Assembly (NCBI GenBank): GCA_041685505.1 | Contig: JAWLFQ010000003.1 | Span: 1,346-65,345 of the forward strand | Direction of reading: 5' to 3' | DNA from: Nitriliruptoraceae bacterium | GTDB taxonomy: Bacteria; Actinomycetota; Nitriliruptoria; Nitriliruptorales; Nitriliruptoraceae | DNA length: 64,000 nt | Part shown: positions 37,826-47,014 of the stretch, piece after piece | Layout: each line of letters starts with the position of its first letter | How positions within the stretch are numbered: position 1 is the stretch's first letter | Program-made: the position numbers and the translations under genes | Notes under the pieces: generated by a model | The model's input: only the letters and a program-made list of their open reading frames with translations | What the model was told of the DNA's origin: nothing | The model's database searches: none

Positions 37826-38392
37826 ATGGACGCCTGGCTGGTGGTCGTCCTGCCCGTGGTCCTGCTGCTGGTGCTGGTGGTGGTGTCCTACAACCGGTTC
37901 ATCGCCCAACTGGCCTCGATCGACGCCACCTGGGCCAACATCGAGGCACAGCTGCAACGCCGCCACGATCTGGTGCCCAACCTGGTCGCGGCGGTCCAGG
38001 GCTACGCGGCCCACGAGCGCGGTGTCCTCGAAGGGGTGACCGCGGCGCGGGCGCGGGCGATCGCGGCGGTGCCCCCGCAGGTACCCATCGAGGAGCAGGC
38101 ACGTGCCGAGGACGGACTCACCCAGGGCCTGTCGAGCCTGCTGGCGGTGACGGAGGCCTACCCGCAGCTGCGCAGCGATGCGGTCTTCCGCGACCTGCAG
38201 CGCCAGTTGGTGGAGACCGAGGACCGGATCGCCGCAGCACGGCGGCTGTACAACCTGGAGGTCGCCTCCTACGAGCGGCGACGGCGTGCGGTGCCCTCCA
38301 ACCTCGTCGCCAGCGCGGTCGACCTCCAGCCGCGACGGATGTTCGAGATCCGTGACCCGGCCGCTGCACACGCACCCCACGTCCCGCGCTGA
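37826..38392 (+). CDS. lemA: LemA family protein
   Basis: 188 aa with an N-terminal TM helix and then YNRFI...W.NIEAQLQRRHDLVPNLV..V.GYA.HE...L..V..AR...AYPQLRS...F..LQ..L..TE.RI..AR..YN. Confidence 0.85.
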   Translation: MDAWLVVVLPVVLLLVLVVVSYNRFIAQLASIDATWANIEAQLQRRHDLVPNLVAAVQGYAAHERGVLEGVTAARARAIAAVPPQVPIEEQARAEDGLTQGLSSLLAVTEAYPQLRSDAVFRDLQRQLVETEDRIAAARRLYNLEVASYERRRRAVPSNLVASAVDLQPRRMFEIRDPAAAHAPHVPR

Positions 38393-38435
38393 GCGCGGAC
38401 GCCGGGCTTCGTGCCGCACCTCGGTGCGCCGCCCT

Positions 38436-39011
38436 TCAGTCCGGCTGGTGGCGCGCCTGCTCGATGATGGCCACCACCTCGGCGACGCAGCGGTCGATGT
38501 CGTCGTTGACCACCTGGACGTCGAAGCGCTCGGCCTGGTCGAGCTCCTCGCGGGCCCGGGCGAGACGGCGGTGCAGCGCCGCGGGCTCCTCGGTGCCCCG
38601 GCTGCGCAGGCGACGCTCGAGCTCCTCGAAGGTCGGGGGGATGAGGAACACCAGCAGTGCGCCGGGATCGTGCGCCTTGACCTGGAGCGCCCCCTGGAGC
38701 TCGATGTCGAGCACCACCACGTGACCGGCGGCGACGGCCGCCGCCACGGGCTCGCTCGGGGTGCCGTAGCGGTTGCCGGCGTACTCGGCCCACTCGAGCA
38801 GCGCGTCGTTGTCGATCAGTTCCTGGAAGCGCTCCGGCGTCACGAAGTGGTAGTCCACCCCGTCCTCCTCGCCGGCGCGGGGGGCACGGGTGGTGGCCGA
38901 GACCGACAGCACCGCATCGGGCAGCAGGGCGCGGACACGGGCGTGGACGGTGCCCTTGCCCACGCCGGAGGGTCCGGCCATGACCACCAACAACCCGCGC
39001 CGACCGGTCAC
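38436..39011 (-). CDS. gmk: guanylate kinase
   Basis: 191 aa with P-loop GPSGVGKGT and TTRAPRAGEEDGVDYHF. GTG overlaps the mihF stop. Confidence 0.93.
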   Translation of the reverse strand: MTGRRGLLVVMAGPSGVGKGTVHARVRALLPDAVLSVSATTRAPRAGEEDGVDYHFVTPERFQELIDNDALLEWAEYAGNRYGTPSEPVAAAVAAGHVVVLDIELQGALQVKAHDPGALLVFLIPPTFEELERRLRSRGTEEPAALHRRLARAREELDQAERFDVQVVNDDIDRCVAEVVAIIEQARHQPD

Positions 39012-39328
39012 TGGCGTCGCACGAAGGCGTCGACCAGTGCCGTGCGCTGCCGCGGACCGAGCCCGCGCAGACGTCGTGACCGGGCGATCTTCAGCTGCGC
39101 CATGAGCCGCTCGACCTTGACCGGTCCCATGGCCGGCATGGCTTCCAGGACCTCGCTGACGCGCATCTTCGCCAGCACCTCCGAGTCCTCGGCGGCGTCG
39201 AGCACCGCGGTGAGGGTGGTGTCACCGGCCTTGAGCTGCTGCTTGATCCGGGCCCGTTCCCGCCGGGCGTCGGCGGCCTTCTCGAGCGCGGCGCGCCGTT
39301 GCTCGGGGTCGAGATCGGGCAGGGGCAT
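39008..39328 (-). CDS. mihF: integration host factor MihF/sIHF (actinobacterial nucleoid protein)
   Basis: About 106 aa (MPLPDLDPEQRRAALEKAADARRERA..IK..L..G...L..VL....V..MRVS.VLEAMPAMGPVK...M). The ATG at 39328 has GGAG 5 nt upstream; the track start is a GTG at 39331. Confidence 0.85.
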   Translation of the reverse strand: MPLPDLDPEQRRAALEKAADARRERARIKQQLKAGDTTLTAVLDAAEDSEVLAKMRVSEVLEAMPAMGPVKVERLMAQLKIARSRRLRGLGPRQRTALVDAFVRRQ

Positions 39329-39559
39329 CACGGCTCCGGGTCATCGGTCGGGGCCCGACGTCGTGGGTGCGCCGGCGTGGCGTCGTAGCCTAGTGCGTGG
39401 CCCGTCCACGACCGCCGTGCACCCGGGTCCGCGTCCGCGGCGGCCAGCCACGGCCTCCACCCGAGCGAGGGCGCCGCGCGTTAGCGTCGCGCACGGCCGC
39501 CGCACACCCCGGTCGTCGCCGGTGACCCACGCGACCCCGGATCAGCCACAGGAGCAAGG

Positions 39560-40246
39560 ATGAGCACCGGCACGCCGATCGTGCTCGGCGTCGACCTCGA
39601 CGGCGTCTGTGCGGACTACGAGGGCGCCTTCCGGGCCTCGGTGGCCCGCCAGCGTGGCCTCGACCCGGCCACGTTGGCACCCCAGACGATCCTGGACGCC
39701 TACTCGCAGTGGGGCCTGAGCTTCGAGGAGTTCGAGGAGGCGCACCGCCGTGCGGTGGTCGAGGACCGCATGTTCCGGCGCATGCAGCCGCTACCCGGGG
39801 TGTCCGACGCGCTGTGGCAGCTGTCCGATGCCGGGGTGTGGATCCGGATCATCACGCACCGACTGATCTTCAACTGGGCGCACGAGGCCTCCGCAGCCGA
39901 CACCGCAGCCTGGCTGGACGCGCACCAGATCCCCTACCGCGACCTGTGTTTCATCGGCGACAAGCCGAACGTCGGGGCCGATCTGTACGTGGACGACTCC
40001 CCCACCAACATCCTGTCCCTGCGCGCGGCAGGCCGCACGGCGATCGTGTTCGACCAGCCCTACAACCGGCATCTCCCCGGCCCCCGGGCGGAGACCTGGG
40101 AGGAGGTGGTGCGCCTGGTGCAGGAGGAGCTCACCGCACGGGATCGCCAGCTGCCACTGCCGCTGCGCGAGCCGCCGGAGCAGCCGACCCCGACCCAGAC
40201 ACCGCCGCAGGCACACACCGCACGAGCGGGCGAGAAGGAGGCATGA
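39560..40246 (+). CDS. HAD-superfamily 5'(3')-deoxyribonucleotidase-like (NT5C family) hydrolase
   Basis: 228 aa with the N-terminal VDLDGVCADYEGAF (DxDxV nucleophile motif), ...ITHR... and GDKPNVGADLYVDDSPTN. Pro/Gln-rich C-terminal tail. GGAG SD. Confidence 0.65.
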   Translation: MSTGTPIVLGVDLDGVCADYEGAFRASVARQRGLDPATLAPQTILDAYSQWGLSFEEFEEAHRRAVVEDRMFRRMQPLPGVSDALWQLSDAGVWIRIITHRLIFNWAHEASAADTAAWLDAHQIPYRDLCFIGDKPNVGADLYVDDSPTNILSLRAAGRTAIVFDQPYNRHLPGPRAETWEEVVRLVQEELTARDRQLPLPLREPPEQPTPTQTPPQAHTARAGEKEA

Positions 40247-40249
40247 GCG

Positions 40250-40978
40250 ATGGCGGAGATCGAGGACCCGCGGACGCGCACCGCGGCGTTCGTGCACTTC
40301 ATGGTGTCCTGCGGGGTGCTGCGCTTCGGTGACTTCGTGGGCAGGTCCGGGCGTCGCATGCCCTACTTCATCGACGCGGGCCGCTACCGCTCGGGCCAGC
40401 AGCTGGCCACCCTGGGCCGCTTCTACGCGGCCGCGATCGACGACGCCTTCGCCGACGAGGTCGATGTGCTGTTCGGCCCGGCCTACAAGGGGATCCCGTT
40501 GGCGGTCACCACCGGTATCGCGCTGGCCGCGCACCACGGTCGCGACCTCGGTGTGTGCTTCGACCGCAAGGAGGCCAAGGACCACGGGGAAGGTGGGCGG
40601 TTGATCGGCCACCAACTGCGCGACGGCGACCGCGTGGTCATCGTCGAGGACGTGACCACCGCCGGGACCTCGGTTCGGGCCACCGTGCCGCTGCTGCGCG
40701 CGCAGGCGGACATCGAGGTGGTGGGGTTGGTCGTCGGGGTCGATCGGCGGGAGCGGGGCAGCACCCCACGCTCGGCCCTCGAGGAGCTCGCGGAGGAGCT
40801 CGGACTGACCACCGTCGCGCTGGCCACGATCGATGACATCGTGACCCACCTCGAGCACGCCGAGGTTGACGGCCGGCCGGTGCTCACCAGCGCGGATGTG
40901 GCACGCATCGCCGCCTACCGCGCCGAGCACGGCTGTCAGGCCGAGCCGAGCCGGTCAGCGCGGCCCGGCGGCGGGTGA
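40250..40978 (+). CDS. pyrE: orotate phosphoribosyltransferase
   Basis: 242 aa with LRFGDF...SGRRMPYFIDAG and the PRPP-binding loop VVIVEDVTTAGTS. Confidence 0.9.
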   Translation: MAEIEDPRTRTAAFVHFMVSCGVLRFGDFVGRSGRRMPYFIDAGRYRSGQQLATLGRFYAAAIDDAFADEVDVLFGPAYKGIPLAVTTGIALAAHHGRDLGVCFDRKEAKDHGEGGRLIGHQLRDGDRVVIVEDVTTAGTSVRATVPLLRAQADIEVVGLVVGVDRRERGSTPRSALEELAEELGLTTVALATIDDIVTHLEHAEVDGRPVLTSADVARIAAYRAEHGCQAEPSRSARPGGG

Positions 40979-41003
40979 CCGGTCCCACGGCGGGGCGCGA
41001 GCC

Positions 41004-44000
41004 CTACCGGCTGCCCGCCAGCTCCGACTCCTGCCGGCGCCGACGCCAGGCGGGCTCCTCACGCTCCTCGCCGTAGGTGCGCTCCCCCACCTCGGCGTCC
41101 ACCGCGTCGGGACCGAAGGCGGCCTTGAGTTCCCCGAACAGCCCCGGACGCCGTTCCACACGCAGGTCGTCGCCGAGGCGGTAGATGCGACGGGCACCAT
41201 CCGGTGCCACCACCTCGAGGTGGACGGGCACCACACCCTGATGGCCCCCCAGCACGTCCTTGAGCCGCTGCACCGCATCCAGGGTGCACTGCTCGGCCGC
41301 GAAGGAGACGACCACCGGCGCCCCGAGCGCCTCGGAGAGGTCGGGCACCGACACCTTGTTGGCGGTCATCTTCACGGCCTCGTCACGGACCTCCAGCCGC
41401 CCGGTGACCACCAGCACCGCGTCCTCGTCGAGCACCTCGTGGGCGGCCCGGTAGGTGCCCGGCCAGAACACCACCTCGACCTGTCCCGTGAGGTCCTCGA
41501 GCGTCGCCACGAGGTAGGTGTCGCCCTTGCGGGTGAACTTCTTCGTCAGGCCGGTGAGCACCCCACCGATGACCACCATGGCACCGTCGTCGCGTTCACG
41601 CAGGCTGGCGCAGGTCGCGTCGGTGTAGCCCTCGAGCACCTTCTCGGTGCCGAACAGCGGATGATCGGAGACGTAGAGCCCGAGCATCTCCCGCTCGAAG
41701 CGCAGCATCTGTGCCTTGTCGTACTCGGCCTCCGGGATCTCCGGCGCCGTGTCCAGACCGAGCTCGGCAGCGTCATCCGCACCGCCTCCCACCCCGTCGA
41801 AGAGCGAGAACTGCCCCGCCGCCTCGGCCTTCTTGCGGGTCAGCGCCGCGTCGACGATGCCCTCGTAGCTGGCCAGCAGCCCCTTGCGGCTGTGTCCCAT
41901 GCGGGCGAAGGCCCCGGCCAGGATCAGGCTCTCGAGCGTCTTCTTGTTCAGCACGCTGGCGTCGACCTTGGCGCAGAAGTCGACGAAGTCCTCGAACCGG
42001 CCCCGAGCGGAGCGGGCCTCCACGATCGAGGCCACGATCGCCTCCCCGACACCGCGCACCGCGGACAGCCCGAACAGGATCTCCTCCCCACGCGGGGTGA
42101 AGTCGCTGCCGGACTCGTTGACATCGGGTGGCAGCACCGGGATGCCCATGCGCCGGCACTCGTTGAGGTAGAGCGGTTTGTTGTCCTTGTGGTTCTTCAC
42201 GCTGGTCAGCAGCGCGGCCATGTACTCCACGGGGTAGTGGGTCTTCAGCCAGGCGGTCTGGTAGCTGACCACCCCGTAGGCGACGGTGTGGGCCTTGTTG
42301 AAGCCGTACTCGGCGAACTTCTCGATCAGCCCCCACAGGTTGACCATGAAGGCCTCGTCGTAGCCGTTGGCCACGCCGCCGGAGATCATCTGGTCCTTCT
42401 GCGCCTCCATCAGGTCGCGCTTCTTCTTGCCCACCGCCTTGCGCAGCGCGTCGGCCTCCGCCATCGAGAACCCCGAGAGGTCGGTGGCGATGCGCATGAC
42501 CTGTTCCTGGTAGACGATCACCCCGTGGGTCTCGCCCAGGATGGGTTCGAGGTCGGGGTGGTCGAACACCGCCTGCTCGAGGCCGTTCTTGCGATCGGCG
42601 AAGGCGATGTGCATGTCCATGCCCAGCGGCCCCGGGCGGTACAGCGCCAGCAGCGCGGAGATGTCCTCGAAGCGCGTGGGCTTGAGCTTGCGGACCAGGG
42701 CCTGCATCCCGGTGGAGTCCAGCTGGAACACCCCGAGGGTGTAGCCGGTGCCGAGCATGGCGAAGGTGGCCGGGTCGTCCATCTCGCCGAGGAGCGCAGG
42801 ATCGTCGAGGTCCACCTCGGTCCCACGGTTGGCGGCGATGTGGCGCTCCGCGTCGGAGAGCACCGTGAGGTTGCGCAGCCCCAGGAAGTCCATCTTCAGC
42901 AGGCCGATGTCCTCGGCCGCACCCATCTCGTACTGGGTGACGATCTCCCCGTTGTCGGTGCGCAGCAGCGGCACGGTCTCGTGCAGCGGCCTGGCCCCGA
43001 TGACCACCGCGGCCGCGTGGATGCCGTGCTGGCGCTTCAGCCCCTCGAGCTTCTCCGCGGTCTCGAGCACCTCACGGTGGGTGGGGTCCTCCCGGGCGGC
43101 GCGCAGCTCGGCGGACTTGTCGTAGGCCTCCGACAGCGCCGCCTCCTTGCCCTGCACGGGTGGCGGCATCATCTTGGCGAGCTCGTCACCGACCTTGAAG
43201 GGGTGGTCGAGCACCCGGGCGGCGTCGCGGATCGCGGACTTGGCCTTGATCGTGCCGAAGGTGACGATCTGGGCGACGTGGTCCTCGCCGTAGCGCCGTG
43301 CCGCGTACTTGATCATCTCGCCGCGGCGACGGTCGTCGAAATCGATGTCGATGTCGGGCATCTGGATGCGGGCGGGGTTGAGGAACCGCTCGAAGATCAG
43401 CCCGTGCTTGATGGGATCGACCCGGGTGATGTCGGTGCAGTAGGCCACCACCGAGCCGCCGGCCGACCCGCGACCCGGCCCCACGCGGATGCCCTCCGCG
43501 CGGGCGTGCGCGCACAGGTCCGCGACGATCAGGAAGTAGGCGGGGAACCCCATCTGCTCGATGACGCCGAGCTCGTACTCGACCCGCTCCGAGACCGCCG
43601 TGGGCACGGGGTCGCCGTAGCGGGCGCGTGCGCCCTCCCACACCTTGTGGCGCAGGAACTGAGCCTCGCTCATCCCGTCGGGACAGGGGAAGGCGGGCAG
43701 CAGATCGAGGTCGAACTCGATGGTGGCGTTGCAGCGCTCCGCGATGTCGAGGGTGGTGTCCAGCGCCTCCGGGTAGGCGTGGAACTGCGACCGCATCTGG
43801 CGCGCGCTCTTGACGAAGAAGTCCTCACCCTGGAACTTGAACCGGTCCGGGTCGGAGATCTTCGAACCCGTCTGGATGCACAGCAGCGCGTCGTGGGCCT
43901 GAGCGTCCTCGGCCTTGGTGTAGTGGGAGTCGTTGGCGATCACCGTGCGCAGGCCGAGCTCCTTGGCCAGCTTCTCCAGCAGGGGCCAGGTGCGCCGCTG

Positions 44001-44558
44001 CTCGGCGATCCCGTGGTCCTGCAGCTCCACGAAGTAGCGCTCGGGGCCGTAGATGTCCTTGAAGTCGCTCAAGGTCCGCCTGGCCGCGGCTTCGTCGCCG
44101 GCCAGCAGGTGCTGGTTGACCTCCGAGCCGAGGCACCCCGACAGCACGATGATCCCGTCGCTGTGGTCGGCGAGGACCTCCATGTCGACCCGCGGCTTGT
44201 ACCAGGTGCCCTCGAGGTAGGCCCGCGTCGACAGCGAGACGAGGTTGCGGTAGCCGACGTCGTCCTGGGCGAGCACCGTCAGGTGGTAGTACCGCTGCCG
44301 CCCGTCCGAGCCCCCCAGCCGTTGCTCGTGGCGCGACCCGACCGCCTGGTAGAGCTCCGAGCCGAGGATCGGCTTGACCCCCTCGCGCTGGGCTGCGCGG
44401 TAGAAGTCGACCAGCCCGAACAGCACGCCGTGATCGGTGATGGCGACGGCTGGCTGGCCGTCGGCATGGACGTGGCGCACCAGCTCGTCGATGCGCGAGG
44501 CGCCGTCCAGCATCGAGTACTCGGTGTGGACGTGCAGGTGGGCGAAGCTGCTGCTCAC
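41004..44558 (-). CDS. dnaE: DNA polymerase III alpha subunit (DnaE1)
   Basis: 1184 aa from the GTG at 44558 (VSSSFAHLHVHTEYSMLDG PHP start). The track ORF begins 50 codons upstream. Polymerase core motifs (PDIDIDF, GLLKMDFLGL) and an OB fold are present. Confidence 0.95.
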   Translation of the reverse strand: MSSSFAHLHVHTEYSMLDGASRIDELVRHVHADGQPAVAITDHGVLFGLVDFYRAAQREGVKPILGSELYQAVGSRHEQRLGGSDGRQRYYHLTVLAQDDVGYRNLVSLSTRAYLEGTWYKPRVDMEVLADHSDGIIVLSGCLGSEVNQHLLAGDEAAARRTLSDFKDIYGPERYFVELQDHGIAEQRRTWPLLEKLAKELGLRTVIANDSHYTKAEDAQAHDALLCIQTGSKISDPDRFKFQGEDFFVKSARQMRSQFHAYPEALDTTLDIAERCNATIEFDLDLLPAFPCPDGMSEAQFLRHKVWEGARARYGDPVPTAVSERVEYELGVIEQMGFPAYFLIVADLCAHARAEGIRVGPGRGSAGGSVVAYCTDITRVDPIKHGLIFERFLNPARIQMPDIDIDFDDRRRGEMIKYAARRYGEDHVAQIVTFGTIKAKSAIRDAARVLDHPFKVGDELAKMMPPPVQGKEAALSEAYDKSAELRAAREDPTHREVLETAEKLEGLKRQHGIHAAAVVIGARPLHETVPLLRTDNGEIVTQYEMGAAEDIGLLKMDFLGLRNLTVLSDAERHIAANRGTEVDLDDPALLGEMDDPATFAMLGTGYTLGVFQLDSTGMQALVRKLKPTRFEDISALLALYRPGPLGMDMHIAFADRKNGLEQAVFDHPDLEPILGETHGVIVYQEQVMRIATDLSGFSMAEADALRKAVGKKKRDLMEAQKDQMISGGVANGYDEAFMVNLWGLIEKFAEYGFNKAHTVAYGVVSYQTAWLKTHYPVEYMAALLTSVKNHKDNKPLYLNECRRMGIPVLPPDVNESGSDFTPRGEEILFGLSAVRGVGEAIVASIVEARSARGRFEDFVDFCAKVDASVLNKKTLESLILAGAFARMGHSRKGLLASYEGIVDAALTRKKAEAAGQFSLFDGVGGGADDAAELGLDTAPEIPEAEYDKAQMLRFEREMLGLYVSDHPLFGTEKVLEGYTDATCASLRERDDGAMVVIGGVLTGLTKKFTRKGDTYLVATLEDLTGQVEVVFWPGTYRAAHEVLDEDAVLVVTGRLEVRDEAVKMTANKVSVPDLSEALGAPVVVSFAAEQCTLDAVQRLKDVLGGHQGVVPVHLEVVAPDGARRIYRLGDDLRVERRPGLFGELKAAFGPDAVDAEVGERTYGEEREEPAWRRRRQESELAGSR

Positions 44559-44913
44559 GGGCTCCCCTGGTCTCGTCGAGCTCGGTCCGGTCGCACCTGA
44601 CCACGTCGGTGGGTGCGACCCCGACACCTGCGGCCGCGGTGACCGATGCTCTGGGACCGCTGGGACCGCTGGGTGCGCCCACGGGCGTGTGACGGGGAAG
44701 AACCACACGCCTGTGGTTCGCGCCCGGGGAACCTAGCACCCACCCGGGACGGCACGCCGCCGCCGACCCGGCGTGGGCGACGCGCGCGCACGCCCGAGCG
44801 GATGGGGCGTGCGCCCCGGTGGGACGGACAGGTGTCCGATGGCCGGCACGGTGCGCCTGGCAACGGTGGGCCACGGCGTCCATGGTGAGGTGTACCCGGC
44901 AAGGAAGTACCAC

Positions 44914-45384
44914 ATGACGACCATCACGCGATCGATCGACGTCGAGGTCCCGGTGCGGACCGCCTACGACCAGTGGACCCAGTTCGAGTCCTTCCCGCGG
45001 TTCATGCAGGACGTGGAGCGGGTCGAGCAGCTGGATGACACCACGATCCGGTGGCACGTGCACCTCGCCGGTGCCCAGCGCTCCTTCGAGACCACGATCA
45101 CCGAGCAGACCCCCGACCAGCGCATCGCCTGGAAGACCGAGCCGGGCAGCGACACCTGGCACGCAGGCGTCGTGACCTTCCACCGGCTGGACGACGGCAG
45201 GTGCCGCGTCACGCTCCAGATGGACGTCGACCCCGACGACGTCGTCGAGAAGGTCGGTACGGCGCTCGGCATCACCGAGGCCTACGTCTCGCGCGATCTG
45301 GAGGGCTTCAAGGCCTTCATCGAGTCCCGTGGCGAGGAGACCGGTGCCTGGCGTGGCGAGGTCAGCCAGGATCCGGAGGCCTGA
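44914..45384 (+). CDS. SRPBCC (START/polyketide cyclase-dehydrase-like) family protein
   Basis: 156 aa from an ATG with AAGGAAG 6 nt upstream. Sequence MTTITRSIDVEVPVRTAYDQWTQFESFPRFMQ.V..V..L..T...W.V.. is typical of the SRPBCC/cyclase family. Confidence 0.8.
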   Translation: MTTITRSIDVEVPVRTAYDQWTQFESFPRFMQDVERVEQLDDTTIRWHVHLAGAQRSFETTITEQTPDQRIAWKTEPGSDTWHAGVVTFHRLDDGRCRVTLQMDVDPDDVVEKVGTALGITEAYVSRDLEGFKAFIESRGEETGAWRGEVSQDPEA

Positions 45385-45421
45385 GAGGCCCCACCGCCCA
45401 CACCGCCGACACCCCCGGCTC

Positions 45422-45439
45422 GGGGCCCATCCGGGCCCC
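45422..45439. terminator. GC hairpin between convergent genes (possible bidirectional terminator, no U-tract)
   Basis: GGGGCCC-atcc-GGGCCCC in the 61-nt gap between the SRPBCC and rluD stops. Confidence 0.35.
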
Positions 45440-45445
45440 GGGCGC

Positions 45446-46432
45446 TCACCGGTCGGCGTCCTCGACGCCGTCGGCGCGCAGCTGCTGCGCGCCGGGCTCG
45501 GGCAGCCCGGCGCGTTGCAGCACCGCCCGCAGCTCCGCCGGCAAGGGTTCGAACAGCTCGATCCGCTCGCCGGTGACCGGATGGTCCACCCCCAGCGCCG
45601 CGGCGTGCAGGAAGGGGCGGTCGAGGCCCAGTGCCCGGGCCAGGGCCGCTGGTGCCCCGTAGGTGAGGTCGCCGAGGATCGGTGTGCCCAGAGCAGCCAG
45701 ATGGACCCGGAGTTGGTGGGTGCGGCCCGTCCCCAGCTGGCAGGCCAGCGCGGCGATCTCCGCCTGCTGGCCGGCGGCGACCGCGGCGACCTGGACTGTC
45801 GACAGGGTCCGGTAGCGCGTGGTTGCCGGCTTGCCCTCGCTGACCACCGCGAAGCGCGTGCGCTCGCGCGGATCACGCCCGATGGGCGCCTCGATACGCC
45901 CACGGGCCTGTGCAGGGATCCCCGCGACCACGGCGAGGTAGCGGCGGGCGACGCGCCGCGCCGCCAGCGCGGCGGTCAGCCCGCGGAAGGCCGGCTGCGT
46001 ACAGGCCACCAGCAACAGCCCCGAGGTGTCGCGGTCGAGGCGGTGCACGATGCCGGGGCGGTGGTCCTCGCTGCCGGCGGCCAGGGGGATGTCCGCGGCC
46101 CGCAGCGCGTCGACCAGGGTGCCGTCGGGATGTCCGGCGCCGGGATGCACCACCAACCCCGCGGGCTTGGCGACCACCAGCAGGTGCTCGTCGCGGTAGC
46201 GGATCGGTGGCAGCGGTGGCGGTGGTGGCGCGACACGTGGTGCGGGCGCGGCGATCTCGACCACCTCCCCGGCACGCACACGTCGACTGCGGGCCACCAC
46301 CTCGGCACCGATGCGGACGTCACCGGCATCGATCCGGGCCGCGGCACGGCTGCGTGGGACGCCCAGCTGCGCGGCGAGGAACACATCGAGGCGCTGCCCC
46401 GCAAGGTCATCGGTGACCTCGAGACGGTTCAC
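45446..46432 (-). CDS. rluD: RluA/RluD-family 23S rRNA pseudouridine synthase
   Basis: 328 aa with an N-terminal S4-like region (RLDVFLA..LG.PRSR...I..G.V), the catalytic HRLDRDTSGLLLVA and LHA..L. GTG overlaps the lspA stop. Confidence 0.88.
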   Translation of the reverse strand: MNRLEVTDDLAGQRLDVFLAAQLGVPRSRAAARIDAGDVRIGAEVVARSRRVRAGEVVEIAAPAPRVAPPPPPLPPIRYRDEHLLVVAKPAGLVVHPGAGHPDGTLVDALRAADIPLAAGSEDHRPGIVHRLDRDTSGLLLVACTQPAFRGLTAALAARRVARRYLAVVAGIPAQARGRIEAPIGRDPRERTRFAVVSEGKPATTRYRTLSTVQVAAVAAGQQAEIAALACQLGTGRTHQLRVHLAALGTPILGDLTYGAPAALARALGLDRPFLHAAALGVDHPVTGERIELFEPLPAELRAVLQRAGLPEPGAQQLRADGVEDADR

Positions 46433-47010
46433 GGATCCGTGTGCTCGGCGCCGTCATCCGCTGCGGCGGCGGCCCGCTCCTCGCGCCACAGCGCCAGCAC
46501 CAGCAGCACGAAACCGACGGTGATCGCGCTGTCGGCGACGTTGAACCGGGGGAAGCTGCCCCAGGCCACGAAGTCGACCACGAAGCCGCTGCCGAAGGCC
46601 TCGCCGCCGGCTCGGAACAACCGGTCGAGCACGTTGCCCACGGCGCCGGCGAGCAGCATCCCGTAGGCCGTGGCGGCCAGCAGGGAGCTGCTGAGGGGCA
46701 GGATGCGTCCGACCAGCACCAGCACGCCCACGGTGACGATGAGGAACACCCAGTGCGGCAGGGGCAGCCCGAAGGCCCCACCGGGGTTGTAGACCAGCTG
46801 CCACCCGATGTGGTCACCGAGCAGCGGCACGAAGCGACCGGGGGTCAGCAGCGCCTCGACCACTTCCTTGGTGGCCTGGTCGATCACCACCAGCGTCACC
46901 GCGACAGCCAACCCGACGGCCGTGGCGTGCGGGTGCGGCGCAGGCGCCCCGTCCGCGTCCGGCTCGGGCCCCTGCTCGGGTGGTGACGCCGCGGTGGGGT
47001 CGTCGTTCAC
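46429..47010 (-). CDS. lspA: lipoprotein signal peptidase (signal peptidase II)
   Basis: 193 aa from the GTG at 47010, with DQATKE, YNPGGAFG, GNVLDRL and VVDFV..G.FPRFNVADS motifs. The track ORF runs further upstream through the dksA-like gene in another frame. Confidence 0.88.
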   Translation of the reverse strand: MNDDPTAASPPEQGPEPDADGAPAPHPHATAVGLAVAVTLVVIDQATKEVVEALLTPGRFVPLLGDHIGWQLVYNPGGAFGLPLPHWVFLIVTVGVLVLVGRILPLSSSLLAATAYGMLLAGAVGNVLDRLFRAGGEAFGSGFVVDFVAWGSFPRFNVADSAITVGFVLLVLALWREERAAAAADDGAEHTDP

Positions 47011-47014
47011 CGGT

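Noticed and set aside
36671-38419. 582-aa minus-strand ORF spanning the rpoZ 5' end, the unknown membrane protein gene and lemA.
   Set aside because: It is antisense to two plus-strand genes that have strong third-position GC bias and a clear LemA match. Its translation has no motifs and it overlaps rpoZ out of frame.
44700-44719. GAAC...GTTC in the dnaE upstream region as a LexA (Cheo/SOS) box.
   Set aside because: The actinobacterial SOS box is TCGAAC-N4-GTTCGA. Here the GAAC and GTTC halves are separated by 12 nt and lack the flanking TC and GA. It is kept only as an unexplained hairpin or palindrome.
44437-44927. Small ORFs (64-115 aa) on both strands in the dnaE/SRPBCC spacer.
   Set aside because: They overlap one another, have Arg/Pro/Gly-rich nonsense-like translations, lack an SD, and show no third-position GC bias distinct from neighbouring frames.
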